Below are positions 46,079 to 55,321 of a stretch of DNA of 64,000 nucleotides, in pieces. The notes under the pieces are model-generated. The model was given only the letters and a program-made list of their open reading frames with translations, did no database searches and was not told the origin of the DNA. The stretch lies in the NCBI GenBank assembly GCA_013360395.1, contig JABWBQ010000002.1, forward strand, positions 16,703 to 80,702, given 5' to 3'. The translations under genes and the position numbers were made by a program. The DNA is from Flavobacteriales bacterium. GTDB taxonomy: Bacteria > Bacteroidota > Bacteroidia > Flavobacteriales_F > PHOS-HE28. The number at the start of each line of letters is the position of its first letter. Position 1 is the first letter of the stretch.

Positions 46079-47356
46079 TCAACGGCGGCGGGCTTTGGAG
46101 CGACGTGCGGCGAGCACGGCCGCGGCGCGCTCGATGATGCCCACCACCAGGGCATTGCCCATCAGGAACGCGCGGCGTGTGTCCGGGACCCCGGCCGTGT
46201 GGCCGTCGGGGAACATGTTCAGCCGTTCGAGCTCCACGGGGGTCAGCCGCCGCAGTTCGCCGGTCCCCGTGCGCACCACGTGCTTGAAGCGCGAGGCGGA
46301 GGCACCGCCCTCGGCGGTGATGATGGTGCGCGAGGGCTTGTCCAGCGCGTCGGGGAAGGCCATGCCGCCTTCGGCATAGCGGTAGGTGTGACCCGTGCTC
46401 CGGCTGGTGCGCTCCACCTTCTTGGCCCCCTTGGCGAACTCCCAGCGGGGAAGGTCGCGCGGCGCCAGATAGAACGAACGCGGCACCTGGTCGTCCGGCA
46501 GCAGTACATCGCCCAGCGTAGTGCGCGGTCCGCGGTGGTCGGGCGCCGTCCGGATGGTCCACACCCGGCGGCCTGCCATGACGCCGGCATCGGCGAAGGG
46601 GCTGCGTGCGGTCGAGGGTCCGGCGTTGAAGCTTTCGGTGAGCTCGGCCAGGTCGCCCTGCAACGCGAAGCTGCGGAAGGCGCGCTCGGCGGCCTGGACC
46701 GGAAAGGCCTCGGCCAGGATGCCGTCGTGCAGCACCCAGTCCTCCAACCCGCGGCCGGCAAGGAGCCGGCGGCCGATCGGGGTGCTGCGGTGGTGGCCCA
46801 GGAAGAACACGCGGCGGCGGCGTTGGGGCATGCCGTGGTCGGCCGCGTTGATCACCCGCCATTCCACGGCGTAACCCAGGTCGGCCAGCGAGGCCAGCAT
46901 CACGGCGAAATCGCGGCCGCGTTGCCCGGCGGGCGACTTCAGCAGGCGGTCCACGTTCTCCAGCAGCAGATGGTCCGGCTTGTGGCGCTTGTCGCGGAGG
47001 ATGCGATGGATGTCCCACCAGAGCACGCCCTTGCGGCCCTGCAGGCCGGCGGCCCCGTTCAGGCTGCGGGCCACCGAATAGTCCTGGCATGGAAAACCGC
47101 CCACCAGCAGGTCATGGTCGGGAATAGCGGCGGCGTCCACCGTGGCGATGTCGGCATTGCAGTGGCCCTTCGCACCGAACCGCGCGACGTAGATGTCCGA
47201 GGCGTCCTGCTTGCGCGTGGCGGGCTCCCACTGGTTGCTCCACACCACGCGATAGACCTTGGAGGCACGCTCCAGGCCCACCCGGAATCCGCCCACGCCG
47301 GCGAACAGCTCGACCACCCGTACGGGCTCCGGACTTTTCCTGGGCATGGCGCGCAA
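46079..47356 (-). CDS. DNA (cytosine-5)-methyltransferase
   Basis: Motif I FAGVGG, motif IV GFPCQ (catalytic Cys), motif VI ENV, a target-recognition region, and C-terminal motifs IX/X. Confidence 0.85.
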   Translation of the reverse strand: MRAMPRKSPEPVRVVELFAGVGGFRVGLERASKVYRVVWSNQWEPATRKQDASDIYVARFGAKGHCNADIATVDAAAIPDHDLLVGGFPCQDYSVARSLNGAAGLQGRKGVLWWDIHRILRDKRHKPDHLLLENVDRLLKSPAGQRGRDFAVMLASLADLGYAVEWRVINAADHGMPQRRRRVFFLGHHRSTPIGRRLLAGRGLEDWVLHDGILAEAFPVQAAERAFRSFALQGDLAELTESFNAGPSTARSPFADAGVMAGRRVWTIRTAPDHRGPRTTLGDVLLPDDQVPRSFYLAPRDLPRWEFAKGAKKVERTSRSTGHTYRYAEGGMAFPDALDKPSRTIITAEGGASASRFKHVVRTGTGELRRLTPVELERLNMFPDGHTAGVPDTRRAFLMGNALVVGIIERAAAVLAARRSKARRR

Positions 47357-47454
47357 AACTATCGTAACCCTGCGGCCGGCCGAACCACCACCTTACGCTG
47401 TGGATGCCCGGCCCGCGCCAGGGGCGGTGCCGGGCTCCGCCGTTCCTTTGCCCC

Positions 47455-48147
47455 ATGTGCTACTCCACCACCCTGGACCGCGAACTGGCGGTACTGGAGA
47501 AGCGGCTGAACCGCAGGCTGATCGACGCGCTGCGGCCTCCGGCCGGGTCCGGCCACGACGTCGAGCTCCTGCTGCCCCTGGCGCGGACCAGCGCCTTTGC
47601 GCGACCGTTGTGGCCGGTGGTCTCGAGCAAGGCGATGCAGCGGATCAGCGTGCAACGCTGGGGCCTGCTGCCGAAGTTCATCCGCACCGAGGAGGAGGCG
47701 AAGGACTTCCTGCGGAAGGCGCCCACCTTCAACGCGATCAGTGAGGAGGTGGGGACCAAGCGCACCTTCAAACACGCTTTCGAGAACGGGCAGCGGTGCC
47801 TGGTGCCGGTGACGAGCTTCTACGAATGGCGGCACGAGGGGAAGAAGAAGATCCCGTACCGCATCGGAATGAAAGGAGGCGATGTATTCTGCCTCGGCGG
47901 CCTGTGGGAGGAGAACGCAGGCGTGGACACCTACACCATCCTCACCACGCGCGCCAACCCGCTGATGGCGCACATCCACAACACCAAGCAGCGCATGCCG
48001 GTGATCATCCCCGAGGTCCAATGGGACGCCTGGCTCTCGCCCGATCTGCCCCCCGCGGAGGTGATGCGGTTGTGCGAGCCGCTGCCCGAGGAGGCGATGG
48101 AGGCCGTGCTGGACGCACCGGGGCCGACCCAGGGGGCGTTGTTCTGA
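47455..48147 (+). CDS. SOS response-associated peptidase (SRAP/YedK-like, abasic-site processing)
   Basis: Start at internal MCYST... (Cys2 nucleophile typical of SRAP). Conserved ...VPVTSFYEW... and the C-terminal His region. Confidence 0.7.
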   Translation: MCYSTTLDRELAVLEKRLNRRLIDALRPPAGSGHDVELLLPLARTSAFARPLWPVVSSKAMQRISVQRWGLLPKFIRTEEEAKDFLRKAPTFNAISEEVGTKRTFKHAFENGQRCLVPVTSFYEWRHEGKKKIPYRIGMKGGDVFCLGGLWEENAGVDTYTILTTRANPLMAHIHNTKQRMPVIIPEVQWDAWLSPDLPPAEVMRLCEPLPEEAMEAVLDAPGPTQGALF

Positions 48148-48272
48148 GGGGAGGGCGCGAGGGTGGGGTCTCGAACGCATGAGGGTATCCGGGGGGGAAG
48201 GGTGGGATGCCGGCCACCGTGGAAAGTGCCTTACGGAGGCGGCAACAAAGAAGCGGTCTGTTCCGCTCGGTA

Positions 48273-48340
48273 GTGAGGAAGTGAAGAAGCGAGTAAGCCA
48301 CGACCATGCTCACTTCTTCACTTTTTCACTTTTTCACTAC
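48273..48340 (+). terminator. long imperfect hairpin followed by T-runs (possible intrinsic terminator downstream of the SRAP gene)
   Basis: gtgaggaagtgaagaagcgag...gctcacttcttcactttttcactttttcac. The arms are built from tandem gtgaa(g/a)aag units, then TTTTT. Confidence 0.4.
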
Positions 48341-48402
48341 TTTCCTTCTTCGCCACCCGGATCCGCCCGTGCAGAAAGCGATCCTTTCTCACCGACTGAG
48401 TA

Positions 48403-49938
48403 ATGGCCGATGTGTGCGGCTGTTACTTTTGGACGATGCGCTTCCTCTCCGTCGTGACTTGTCTTGGTGTGCTGGCCGCACATGCCCAGGTGCAACTGCA
48501 ATGGCAACACCGCTTTGATGCTCCCAACGAGCTTACTGGTTTCGGTGACGTGGGCCTCGGGCTCGACCGCCGGGGCGATAGCCTGATGGTGGGTCACAGC
48601 TGGGAGAACTTCGCGCAGACCACCCTCTTCGCAGCCGATGACGGCCAGGTGCTGTGGACGATGGGCACCGCGGACACCGTGTACCACCTGGGTGGCCGTA
48701 GCTTCTTCGGGAACACGATCGTCAGCGGTGAACGCACGGCCTCCGGGAACGGGATCAGTGCACGCAGCTCGCTGATCGGGCTGGATGGCGTGCTCCACTG
48801 GACCGTGGACGCTGGCCTGATGAATGTGCAGCGGTTGCGGGGCCCCTTGGTGAACGCGGCAGAGGACACGGCGCACGTGCTGGCCTACGGCAGTGGGGTG
48901 CTCCACGACCTGCGCGTGGATCACATCGGAAGCGCGGGTGGTTGGTCGTACACACCGGCACATCCATGGCCAGGGTTCGAGACCTGTCTCGCCGCCGATG
49001 GGTCCGTGATCATCACGGCCATGGTCGATCTGCCCGGTGCCTTCAGCGATGTGCCGCGGCTGATGCGCTTCGATGCGGCGGGCGCGCCCACCTGGTCCAC
49101 CTGGCTGGCGGACACCACCGGCTTCGTGGTGAGCGCACCGGCCCGCACCGTGCATTGGAACGCCGACACCCTGCTCTCGGTGCACACCACCTGGCAGGGG
49201 CTCGTGCAGCTGCGCATGACCGATGCCGACGACGGCAGCGTGCTGTGGTCCTTCACCGACAGCCTCGGCCTGGTGCTGGAACTCGCCTCACTGGCCGTGG
49301 TGCCCGAGGCGCAGCGCATCCACGTGGGCTTGCACGGCGGAACGTCGATCGCCTATGCCCCCGGGGCGGGACGGCTGTGGACGGACAGCGTGAACGCGCA
49401 GGCGAACTACATGGAAGTGGCCGTGCTGGCGAACAGCGCCCACGCAGTGAGCATCGTCACCGACGACCGGCACATCGGCCAGGGCCAGGACCTGCACATC
49501 CGCCTGCTCGATCCGGCCACGGGTGCCCTGGTCGATACCGCATGGGTGAACGACACCATCGGCACGCACGACCTGTTCGAGAACGCCCTGTTGTGGGGCG
49601 ATGAACTCCATCTGCTGACCGCCGCGACCTTCGACACGGTGAGCATCCTGAACGAAAGCACCACGCTGCTGCTCTCCACCTTCAACCTCGCCACGCCCAC
49701 CGCGCTGCCCGGTCCCAAGCCATCCGCTTCCCCGCGCACGGCCGTGGTCACCCGTGGGAGCATCGAGGCCTTCCTCGCTCCGCTCCTCGCCCCGTGGACC
49801 GCGTTGGATGCCGCTGGGCGCGTGCATGCGGTGGGAAGCCCGGCGGACCTTGATGCGTGGTATGGCACGGCGCCACCGGGCACCTACCAGGTGCTGGGGG
49901 CGGGTGGCCGGTCCCGGCTGATGTTCATCCGTCCTTGA
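48403..49938 (+). CDS. secreted hypothetical protein (probable beta-propeller); paralog of 7882-9405
   Basis: Signal peptide. Shares motif order and C-terminal ...DAWYGTAPPGTYQVLGAGGRSRLMFIRP with the 7882-9405 protein. Confidence 0.6.
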   Translation: MADVCGCYFWTMRFLSVVTCLGVLAAHAQVQLQWQHRFDAPNELTGFGDVGLGLDRRGDSLMVGHSWENFAQTTLFAADDGQVLWTMGTADTVYHLGGRSFFGNTIVSGERTASGNGISARSSLIGLDGVLHWTVDAGLMNVQRLRGPLVNAAEDTAHVLAYGSGVLHDLRVDHIGSAGGWSYTPAHPWPGFETCLAADGSVIITAMVDLPGAFSDVPRLMRFDAAGAPTWSTWLADTTGFVVSAPARTVHWNADTLLSVHTTWQGLVQLRMTDADDGSVLWSFTDSLGLVLELASLAVVPEAQRIHVGLHGGTSIAYAPGAGRLWTDSVNAQANYMEVAVLANSAHAVSIVTDDRHIGQGQDLHIRLLDPATGALVDTAWVNDTIGTHDLFENALLWGDELHLLTAATFDTVSILNESTTLLLSTFNLATPTALPGPKPSASPRTAVVTRGSIEAFLAPLLAPWTALDAAGRVHAVGSPADLDAWYGTAPPGTYQVLGAGGRSRLMFIRP

Positions 49939-49962
49939 TCGAAGGCCCGCGCGGCCCGTGGC

Positions 49963-50649
49963 TCAGCGCCGCGCGGCCACCATCACTAGGCTCCGGGGGC
50001 TGTACTTCCGGCCTTCGTACTCGGCCTCGGGCTCCTTCAGCACCACGGTGCGCAGGGGACGGAAGCCGTTCGCACGCAGCACCCGCTCCCAGTCGGCCTG
50101 CTCGTACATGGTGAAGCCGAAGGACGCGAAGGGCAGCCGTTCCATGGACGACCGGGCCCGCAGCACGGCGGTGAAGGTGCCGTCGGGCTTCAGCACGCGG
50201 TGCAGCTCGCGCAGGTGCGCGGAAGGGTCGTCCCAGAAGTACACCACGTTGATGCAGAAGATGCGGTCGAAGAAGGCCTCGGCATAGGGCATCCGATCGC
50301 TGGCCCCGTTCACCAGGGACAGTGCCCCCGTGCCGATGAGGCTCGCGTGGTGCGTCGAGGCTTCCTGCACCATCGCCGCACTGAGGTCCAGGCCGTGCAG
50401 CTCGAGGTTGTTCGCCTGCCGGGCAAGCTCGCCGAGGAACTGTCCGTTGCCGAAGCCGATCTCCAGCACGCGCATCCCGTCGCGCAGTTCCAGGGCCGGC
50501 CAGGTGTTGGTGTAGAGGAAGCGGTTCGCGGCGTTCATGCGCTCGCCCACCTTGCGGGCCATGAAGCCGTGCGGCCGGCGCAGTTGCGCGGCCATCTCCT
50601 TCGGCGTGGGGCCTTTCAGCAGCAGGCGGAGCGACGCCAGCAGACTCAT
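49963..50649 (-). CDS. class I SAM-dependent methyltransferase
   Basis: Motif I VLEIGFGNGQF, motif II ..GALSLVNGASDRMPY.., motif III ..LKPDG... Start at internal MSLLASL. Confidence 0.7.
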   Translation of the reverse strand: MSLLASLRLLLKGPTPKEMAAQLRRPHGFMARKVGERMNAANRFLYTNTWPALELRDGMRVLEIGFGNGQFLGELARQANNLELHGLDLSAAMVQEASTHHASLIGTGALSLVNGASDRMPYAEAFFDRIFCINVVYFWDDPSAHLRELHRVLKPDGTFTAVLRARSSMERLPFASFGFTMYEQADWERVLRANGFRPLRTVVLKEPEAEYEGRKYSPRSLVMVAARR

Positions 50650-50692
50650 GCCGTAAAGATGCGGAAGGCCCCGGACCAGCCGGCCCGGCGGT

Positions 50693-51469
50693 TCATTGGC
50701 GCACGAACCGGCCGAACGACCAGGTGCCATCGGCGTGCTCGATGCGCACCACGTACACCCCGGCCACTGCGGGTGCCGGGATCTCCCGCACCCCCGGGCC
50801 GTAGCGTGCGACGGTCCTTCCGGCCGCATCGCACACCGCCATCCGGTGCGCCCCCTCCACCCCGATCCGCACCGGACCGCCGTGGGTCACCGTGGGCACG
50901 ATCGCAACGGGGCGGTCCGCGCCGGGCCCGTCCACGGCCGTGGACATGCAGAGCGAGAGCGCCCGGTGCACGTGCAGCGTGGGCACGGTGGCCATCAGGT
51001 CGAAGGAGAGCAGGATCCAGCCGGTGAGCGCACCCTGGCGGATGGCGATGTACTGGCTGTCCACCACCTCCGGCCCGATCATCCCGAAGCCTCCGTGGTC
51101 GCCCAGGGTGTTGACGTTGGCGCTCTGCCAGCTGAACGTACCGGTGCAGGCGAGCGGTTCGCCGAAGGCGTAGTAGTGCGGCCGTTCGGCGTCCCGGCAC
51201 AGCTCCAGGTCGTCGTCCAGCGTGCGCAGCATCACAAGGTTCGGGAGGTCGAGCGCGGGCATGCCGTGCACGAGCGCGATGGAGAGGTCGAAGGAATCGT
51301 CGCAGTCCGTCTCCAGCAGCACGCTGTCCTCGGTGTAGGCGTTGGGGAGCGCGATCAATTCGTCGATCTCGATGGCGATGGCCCCGGGGGGCACTTCGCC
51401 GGCGAGCAGCTGGGCGTGCAGCGGCAGGGCGGCCAGGTAGGCCATGGCGAGGAGAACGGGCAGGCGCAT
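50693..51469 (-). CDS. secreted hypothetical protein with T9SS C-terminal sorting domain
   Basis: Start at internal MRLPVLLAMAYLAALPLHAQ. CTD ...PVRIGVEGAHRMAVCDAAGRTV....AGVYVVRIEHADGTWSFGRFVRQ. The long upstream in-frame extension is a low-complexity artefact. Confidence 0.55.
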   Translation of the reverse strand: MRLPVLLAMAYLAALPLHAQLLAGEVPPGAIAIEIDELIALPNAYTEDSVLLETDCDDSFDLSIALVHGMPALDLPNLVMLRTLDDDLELCRDAERPHYYAFGEPLACTGTFSWQSANVNTLGDHGGFGMIGPEVVDSQYIAIRQGALTGWILLSFDLMATVPTLHVHRALSLCMSTAVDGPGADRPVAIVPTVTHGGPVRIGVEGAHRMAVCDAAGRTVARYGPGVREIPAPAVAGVYVVRIEHADGTWSFGRFVRQ

Positions 51470-51570
51470 GGTGGGGCGGCCCATCAGGTGGGGCCGTAAC
51501 AAGGACGCACCGGGGGGCCTTGGCGCTGCCTGGCGAGAGACAGGGTGCGACCGGGCGGCACGCGGGCCCT

Positions 51571-51903
51571 TCATTGCCGCAGCGCCTCCAGGCAACTCGG
51601 GTAGGTGATGGCCAGGTGCGAGGCCGACCAGAGACAGCGGCCACCGCGCACCACCAGCACCTGCGGCGAGGCGTGCCGCACACCGTAACGGTCGGCGATG
51701 GCGTTGGACACGTCGCGATGGCGCAGCAGGTCCAGCAGGAACACCTCGCCATCCCCATCCTGCCACGAACGCTGCAGACGGCCCAGCGCAGCCTTGCTGA
51801 TCGAGCAACGAGTGCTGTGCTTGAATAGCAGGAACGTCCGTCCTTCGGGATCGGCGTCCACGGCGTCCAGTTGTTCGAGGGCGGAGAGGGTGTGCCAGGC
51901 CAT
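51571..51903 (-). CDS. YtxJ-like thioredoxin-fold protein (DUF2847, bacillithiol system type)
   Basis: TRCSIS motif (TxCxxS) in a ~110-aa thioredoxin-like frame. Confidence 0.55.
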   Translation of the reverse strand: MAWHTLSALEQLDAVDADPEGRTFLLFKHSTRCSISKAALGRLQRSWQDGDGEVFLLDLLRHRDVSNAIADRYGVRHASPQVLVVRGGRCLWSASHLAITYPSCLEALRQ

Positions 51904-52034
51904 GGCTGCGAAGGTCACGTGCAAGGGCACGATGCGGGGTGACGGCGATCACCTGCCGCGCCGTATTTTGCGGACAGCCGGATGACGGCGTATCCGTCAG
52001 TGACGACCGGCGCCGGACAGAACGACCCGCATGG

Positions 52035-54404
52035 ATGACCTTTCCGACCGAAGCACGCAGTTCCGACGTTGATGCACGGGACCCGGGCCTGGCAGGGCAC
52101 GGGGATGTGCATGTGGAGACCGAGATGGCCGCACTGGCGGCGAGCTTCATCAACAGCACCGACCGCCACGTCTTCCTCACGGGCAAGGCCGGCACGGGCA
52201 AGACCACCTTCCTGCACCGCCTGGCCGCCGCCACGCACAAGCGTTTCGTGGTCCTGGCCCCCACGGGCATCGCGGCCCTCAACGCGAAGGGCGTCACCAT
52301 CCACAGCCAGTTCCTGCTGCCCTTCGGCGCCTTCCTGCCCGAGAAGAACCGCCCGCTGGACATCCCCGAGGGCGCCTTCCACGACCAGGACACCCTCACG
52401 CGGCGCCATCCGCTCAACGCCGCCCGCCGCAACGTGCTGCGCGAGGTGGACCTGCTGATCATCGACGAGGTGAGCATGCTGCGCGCCGACGTGCTCGATG
52501 CCATCGATCACCGCATGCGCGCCGTGCGGCAGCGCCGCGACCTGCCCTTCGGCGGCGCCCAGGTGCTGCTGATCGGCGACCTCTACCAGCTGCCGCCCGT
52601 GGTGAAGGACGACGAGTGGCGCGTGCTGCAACGCTACTACGCCAGCATGCACTTCTTCGAGAGCCGGGTGCTGCGGCAGAGCGGCTACGCCCACATCGAG
52701 CTGGACCGCATCTTCCGCCAGCACGACGACCGCTTCATCCGCATCCTGAACAACCTGCGCAACAACACGGTGCAGGCGGAGGATGTGGCGGAACTGAACG
52801 CCAGGCACCGCCCCGCCATCGACGCCGGGGAGAGCGACGGCGTGATCACCCTCACCACCCACAACCACAAGGCCGACGCCATCAACCAGCGCGAGCTGGA
52901 GAAACTGCCCGGCGCACTGCACGCCTTCGAGGCCGACATCGAAGGCGACTTCCCGCAGAGCATGTACCCGGTGCTCGAACGCATCGAGCTGAAGGTGGGC
53001 GCCCAGGTGATGTTCGTGAAGAACGACCCGGACCGCATGTACTTCAACGGCAAGCTGGCCCGCGTGGAGGAGCTCGACGCCGGGGGCATCACCGTGCGCA
53101 TGTACGAAGGCGTGGGCGACCGGCCCTCGGACACCACCTTCCGGCTCAAGCGCGAGACCTGGGAGAACAAGCGTTACGTGCTGAACGCCGCCACCCGCGA
53201 ACAGGAGGAGGAGCTCATCGGCACCTTCGCGCAATACCCCATCCGGCTGGCGTGGGCCATCACCGTCCACAAGAGCCAGGGCCTCACCTTCGGCAGGGCC
53301 ATCATCGATGTGGGCCAGGCCTTCGCGCCGGGGCAGGTGTACGTGGCGCTCTCCCGCCTGCGCTCGCTCGACGGGCTCATCCTCCGCACCCCGATCGACC
53401 CCGCGGTGGTGAGCACCGACCCCGAGGTGGTGGCCTTCACGCGCCGGGGCGAACAACAGGAGCCGCTGCCCGACCAGTTGCGGACCCATCAACGCAGCTA
53501 TGTGCAGCAGCTGCTCCTCACGGCCTTCGACCTGGGCGACGTGCAGCGCAAGGTGGAGTGGACCCTGAAGGACCATCCGGGCACCGCCCAGTTCGAGAGC
53601 GAGGAGATGCGCACCGCGCTGGACGTGCTGCGCGACACCCTGCAGCGCGAGGAGGGCAACACGCGGAAGTTCCGCGACCAGCTGTTGCGGCTGCTGCAGG
53701 AAGGACGGCGGCAGGAGCTGCAGGAACGCATCGCCAGGGGCGCGGCCTACTACGGCGACCTGCTGCAGGAACGCATGAAGGCCCTGGTGTTGCACATCGC
53801 GCAGGCCGAACTGCTGGCCCGCACCAAGGAGTACACCGCCGCGCTGAAGGAGATCGACGGCATGCTGGTCAAGCGCATCGCCACCATCGCCACCGTGGGC
53901 CACATCACCGGCTGCATCCTGGCCGGCGGGGAGGTGGTGCGACCCAAGGACACCGAGCAGGGGCTGGCCGCCAGGCGCGCGGCCCTGGTGGGCGAGGCGC
54001 GTGCATGGGCCGAGGAGAACCGCCCGAAGGGCCGCACCGGCAAGCGTCGCAAGCAGCAACGGGCCGATGGCGAGGCCCAGGCCGACGGCGCCGCCGCACG
54101 GCCGCCCAAGGGAGCCACATACGCCACCACCTACGCCTTGTTGCAGGAGGGGCTGTCCGTGGAGCAGATCGCCCGGAAGCGCCAGATGGCGCGGACCACC
54201 ATCGAGGGGCACCTGGCCCGCGGCATCGGCGAAGGCGTGGTGGGGATCGAGGGCCTGATGCCCGAGGCCGAACGCGACCTCATCGCCGACTGGATGCGCG
54301 AGAACCCCGGCCAGGGGCTCAACGAAGCCGCCGGCCACTTCGACGGGCGCTTCAGCTACGGCCAGTTGCGCATGGTGCAGGCCTGGGTGCGTAGGGAAAG
54401 CTGA
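52035..54404 (+). CDS. Pif1-family ATP-dependent DNA helicase with C-terminal HTH domain
   Basis: Walker A GKAGTGKTT, motif II LLIIDEVSML, Pif1 signature region, SF1 motifs through ...TVHKSQGLTF.. The C-terminal ~80 aa (..LSVEQIARKRQMARTTIEGHL..) form the HTH typical of Bacteroidota Pif1 proteins. Confidence 0.8.
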   Translation: MTFPTEARSSDVDARDPGLAGHGDVHVETEMAALAASFINSTDRHVFLTGKAGTGKTTFLHRLAAATHKRFVVLAPTGIAALNAKGVTIHSQFLLPFGAFLPEKNRPLDIPEGAFHDQDTLTRRHPLNAARRNVLREVDLLIIDEVSMLRADVLDAIDHRMRAVRQRRDLPFGGAQVLLIGDLYQLPPVVKDDEWRVLQRYYASMHFFESRVLRQSGYAHIELDRIFRQHDDRFIRILNNLRNNTVQAEDVAELNARHRPAIDAGESDGVITLTTHNHKADAINQRELEKLPGALHAFEADIEGDFPQSMYPVLERIELKVGAQVMFVKNDPDRMYFNGKLARVEELDAGGITVRMYEGVGDRPSDTTFRLKRETWENKRYVLNAATREQEEELIGTFAQYPIRLAWAITVHKSQGLTFGRAIIDVGQAFAPGQVYVALSRLRSLDGLILRTPIDPAVVSTDPEVVAFTRRGEQQEPLPDQLRTHQRSYVQQLLLTAFDLGDVQRKVEWTLKDHPGTAQFESEEMRTALDVLRDTLQREEGNTRKFRDQLLRLLQEGRRQELQERIARGAAYYGDLLQERMKALVLHIAQAELLARTKEYTAALKEIDGMLVKRIATIATVGHITGCILAGGEVVRPKDTEQGLAARRAALVGEARAWAEENRPKGRTGKRRKQQRADGEAQADGAAARPPKGATYATTYALLQEGLSVEQIARKRQMARTTIEGHLARGIGEGVVGIEGLMPEAERDLIADWMRENPGQGLNEAAGHFDGRFSYGQLRMVQAWVRRES

Positions 54405-54442
54405 GCCGCCAACATCGGGCCGCGGATCCGTACCTTCCCGCC

Positions 54443-55267
54443 ATGTCGCGATCCATGCACAGCCCGGATGCCATGGGCTTCATCCCCTTCATCCACAACT
54501 ACTGCGACCGGCGCTGCGAACGCTGCCGTTTCGTGCGGCAATGCCGCGTGGGCGCCGTGGACGTGGACGACGTGGGCGAGGCCGAGGGCGGCACCTTCCC
54601 GGACACACCCGAGGACCTGCACCAACACCTGCTCAAGCTCATGGGCATCACCCAGGAGGAACTGGACGCCCTGGAAACCGAACAGCGACTGGTCCCCAAC
54701 CCGCCCTCGCCCGAGGATCAGGCGCGCGCACAGGCCCGCAGGGACGCGTGGGAACAGCGCCGCAAGGCCCTCGAACGCCGGGTGCATGCGCACCCCCTCT
54801 GCCGCATGGGCGAGACCTACCTCGACCTGGTGGACGCGTGGATCGAGAAGCGCGAAGAGGCCCTGAAGGCCCGGGGTGTGCAGCTGCATGCCCGCACGGA
54901 CATGGACATACCCGCCGAGCTGCGCACGCCCGACATGCTCGTGCTGGGCGAGGCCCTGCAGGAGGTGCTGTGGTTCCACACCCTCATCCCCGCCAAGCTG
55001 CATCGCGCCCTGATGGGCCGATCGGATGGGGAGCAGGACGATGACCCGGTGCAGAACGACTGGAACGGAACGGCCAAGGTGTGCGTGGATGCCGTGGATC
55101 GCTCGCTCACCGGCTGGAACACCGTGGTGGAACTGCTCCCCGAGGAAGCCGATGACGCCCTGCCCATGCAGGAGCTCCTGCGGCGCATCCGCCAGGAGCT
55201 CAACACCGAGTTCCCGGATGCGGACCGTTTCATCCGCCCGGGCTTCGACGCGCACCTGGGCGGCTGA
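54443..55267 (+). CDS. hypothetical protein with N-terminal 4-Cys cluster
   Basis: CDRRCERCRFVRQC near the N-terminus. No other recognisable domain. Confidence 0.4.
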   Translation: MSRSMHSPDAMGFIPFIHNYCDRRCERCRFVRQCRVGAVDVDDVGEAEGGTFPDTPEDLHQHLLKLMGITQEELDALETEQRLVPNPPSPEDQARAQARRDAWEQRRKALERRVHAHPLCRMGETYLDLVDAWIEKREEALKARGVQLHARTDMDIPAELRTPDMLVLGEALQEVLWFHTLIPAKLHRALMGRSDGEQDDDPVQNDWNGTAKVCVDAVDRSLTGWNTVVELLPEEADDALPMQELLRRIRQELNTEFPDADRFIRPGFDAHLGG

Positions 55268-55321
55268 GGTCTGCGACCGCTGCCGGGGATCCCTGGCCCC
55301 ACGACCGACAACGCCATACCG

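Noticed and set aside
45747-47090. 447-aa minus-strand ORF
   Set aside because: Only the last ~87 codons look like FeoA. The remainder is antisense to the C5 methyltransferase gene and is Pro/Arg/Gly low complexity.
50693-52504. 603-aa minus-strand ORF
   Set aside because: Only the C-terminal ~258 aa (signal peptide plus T9SS CTD) is credible. The upstream part is Ser/Arg/Ala low complexity that runs through the YtxJ-like gene region.
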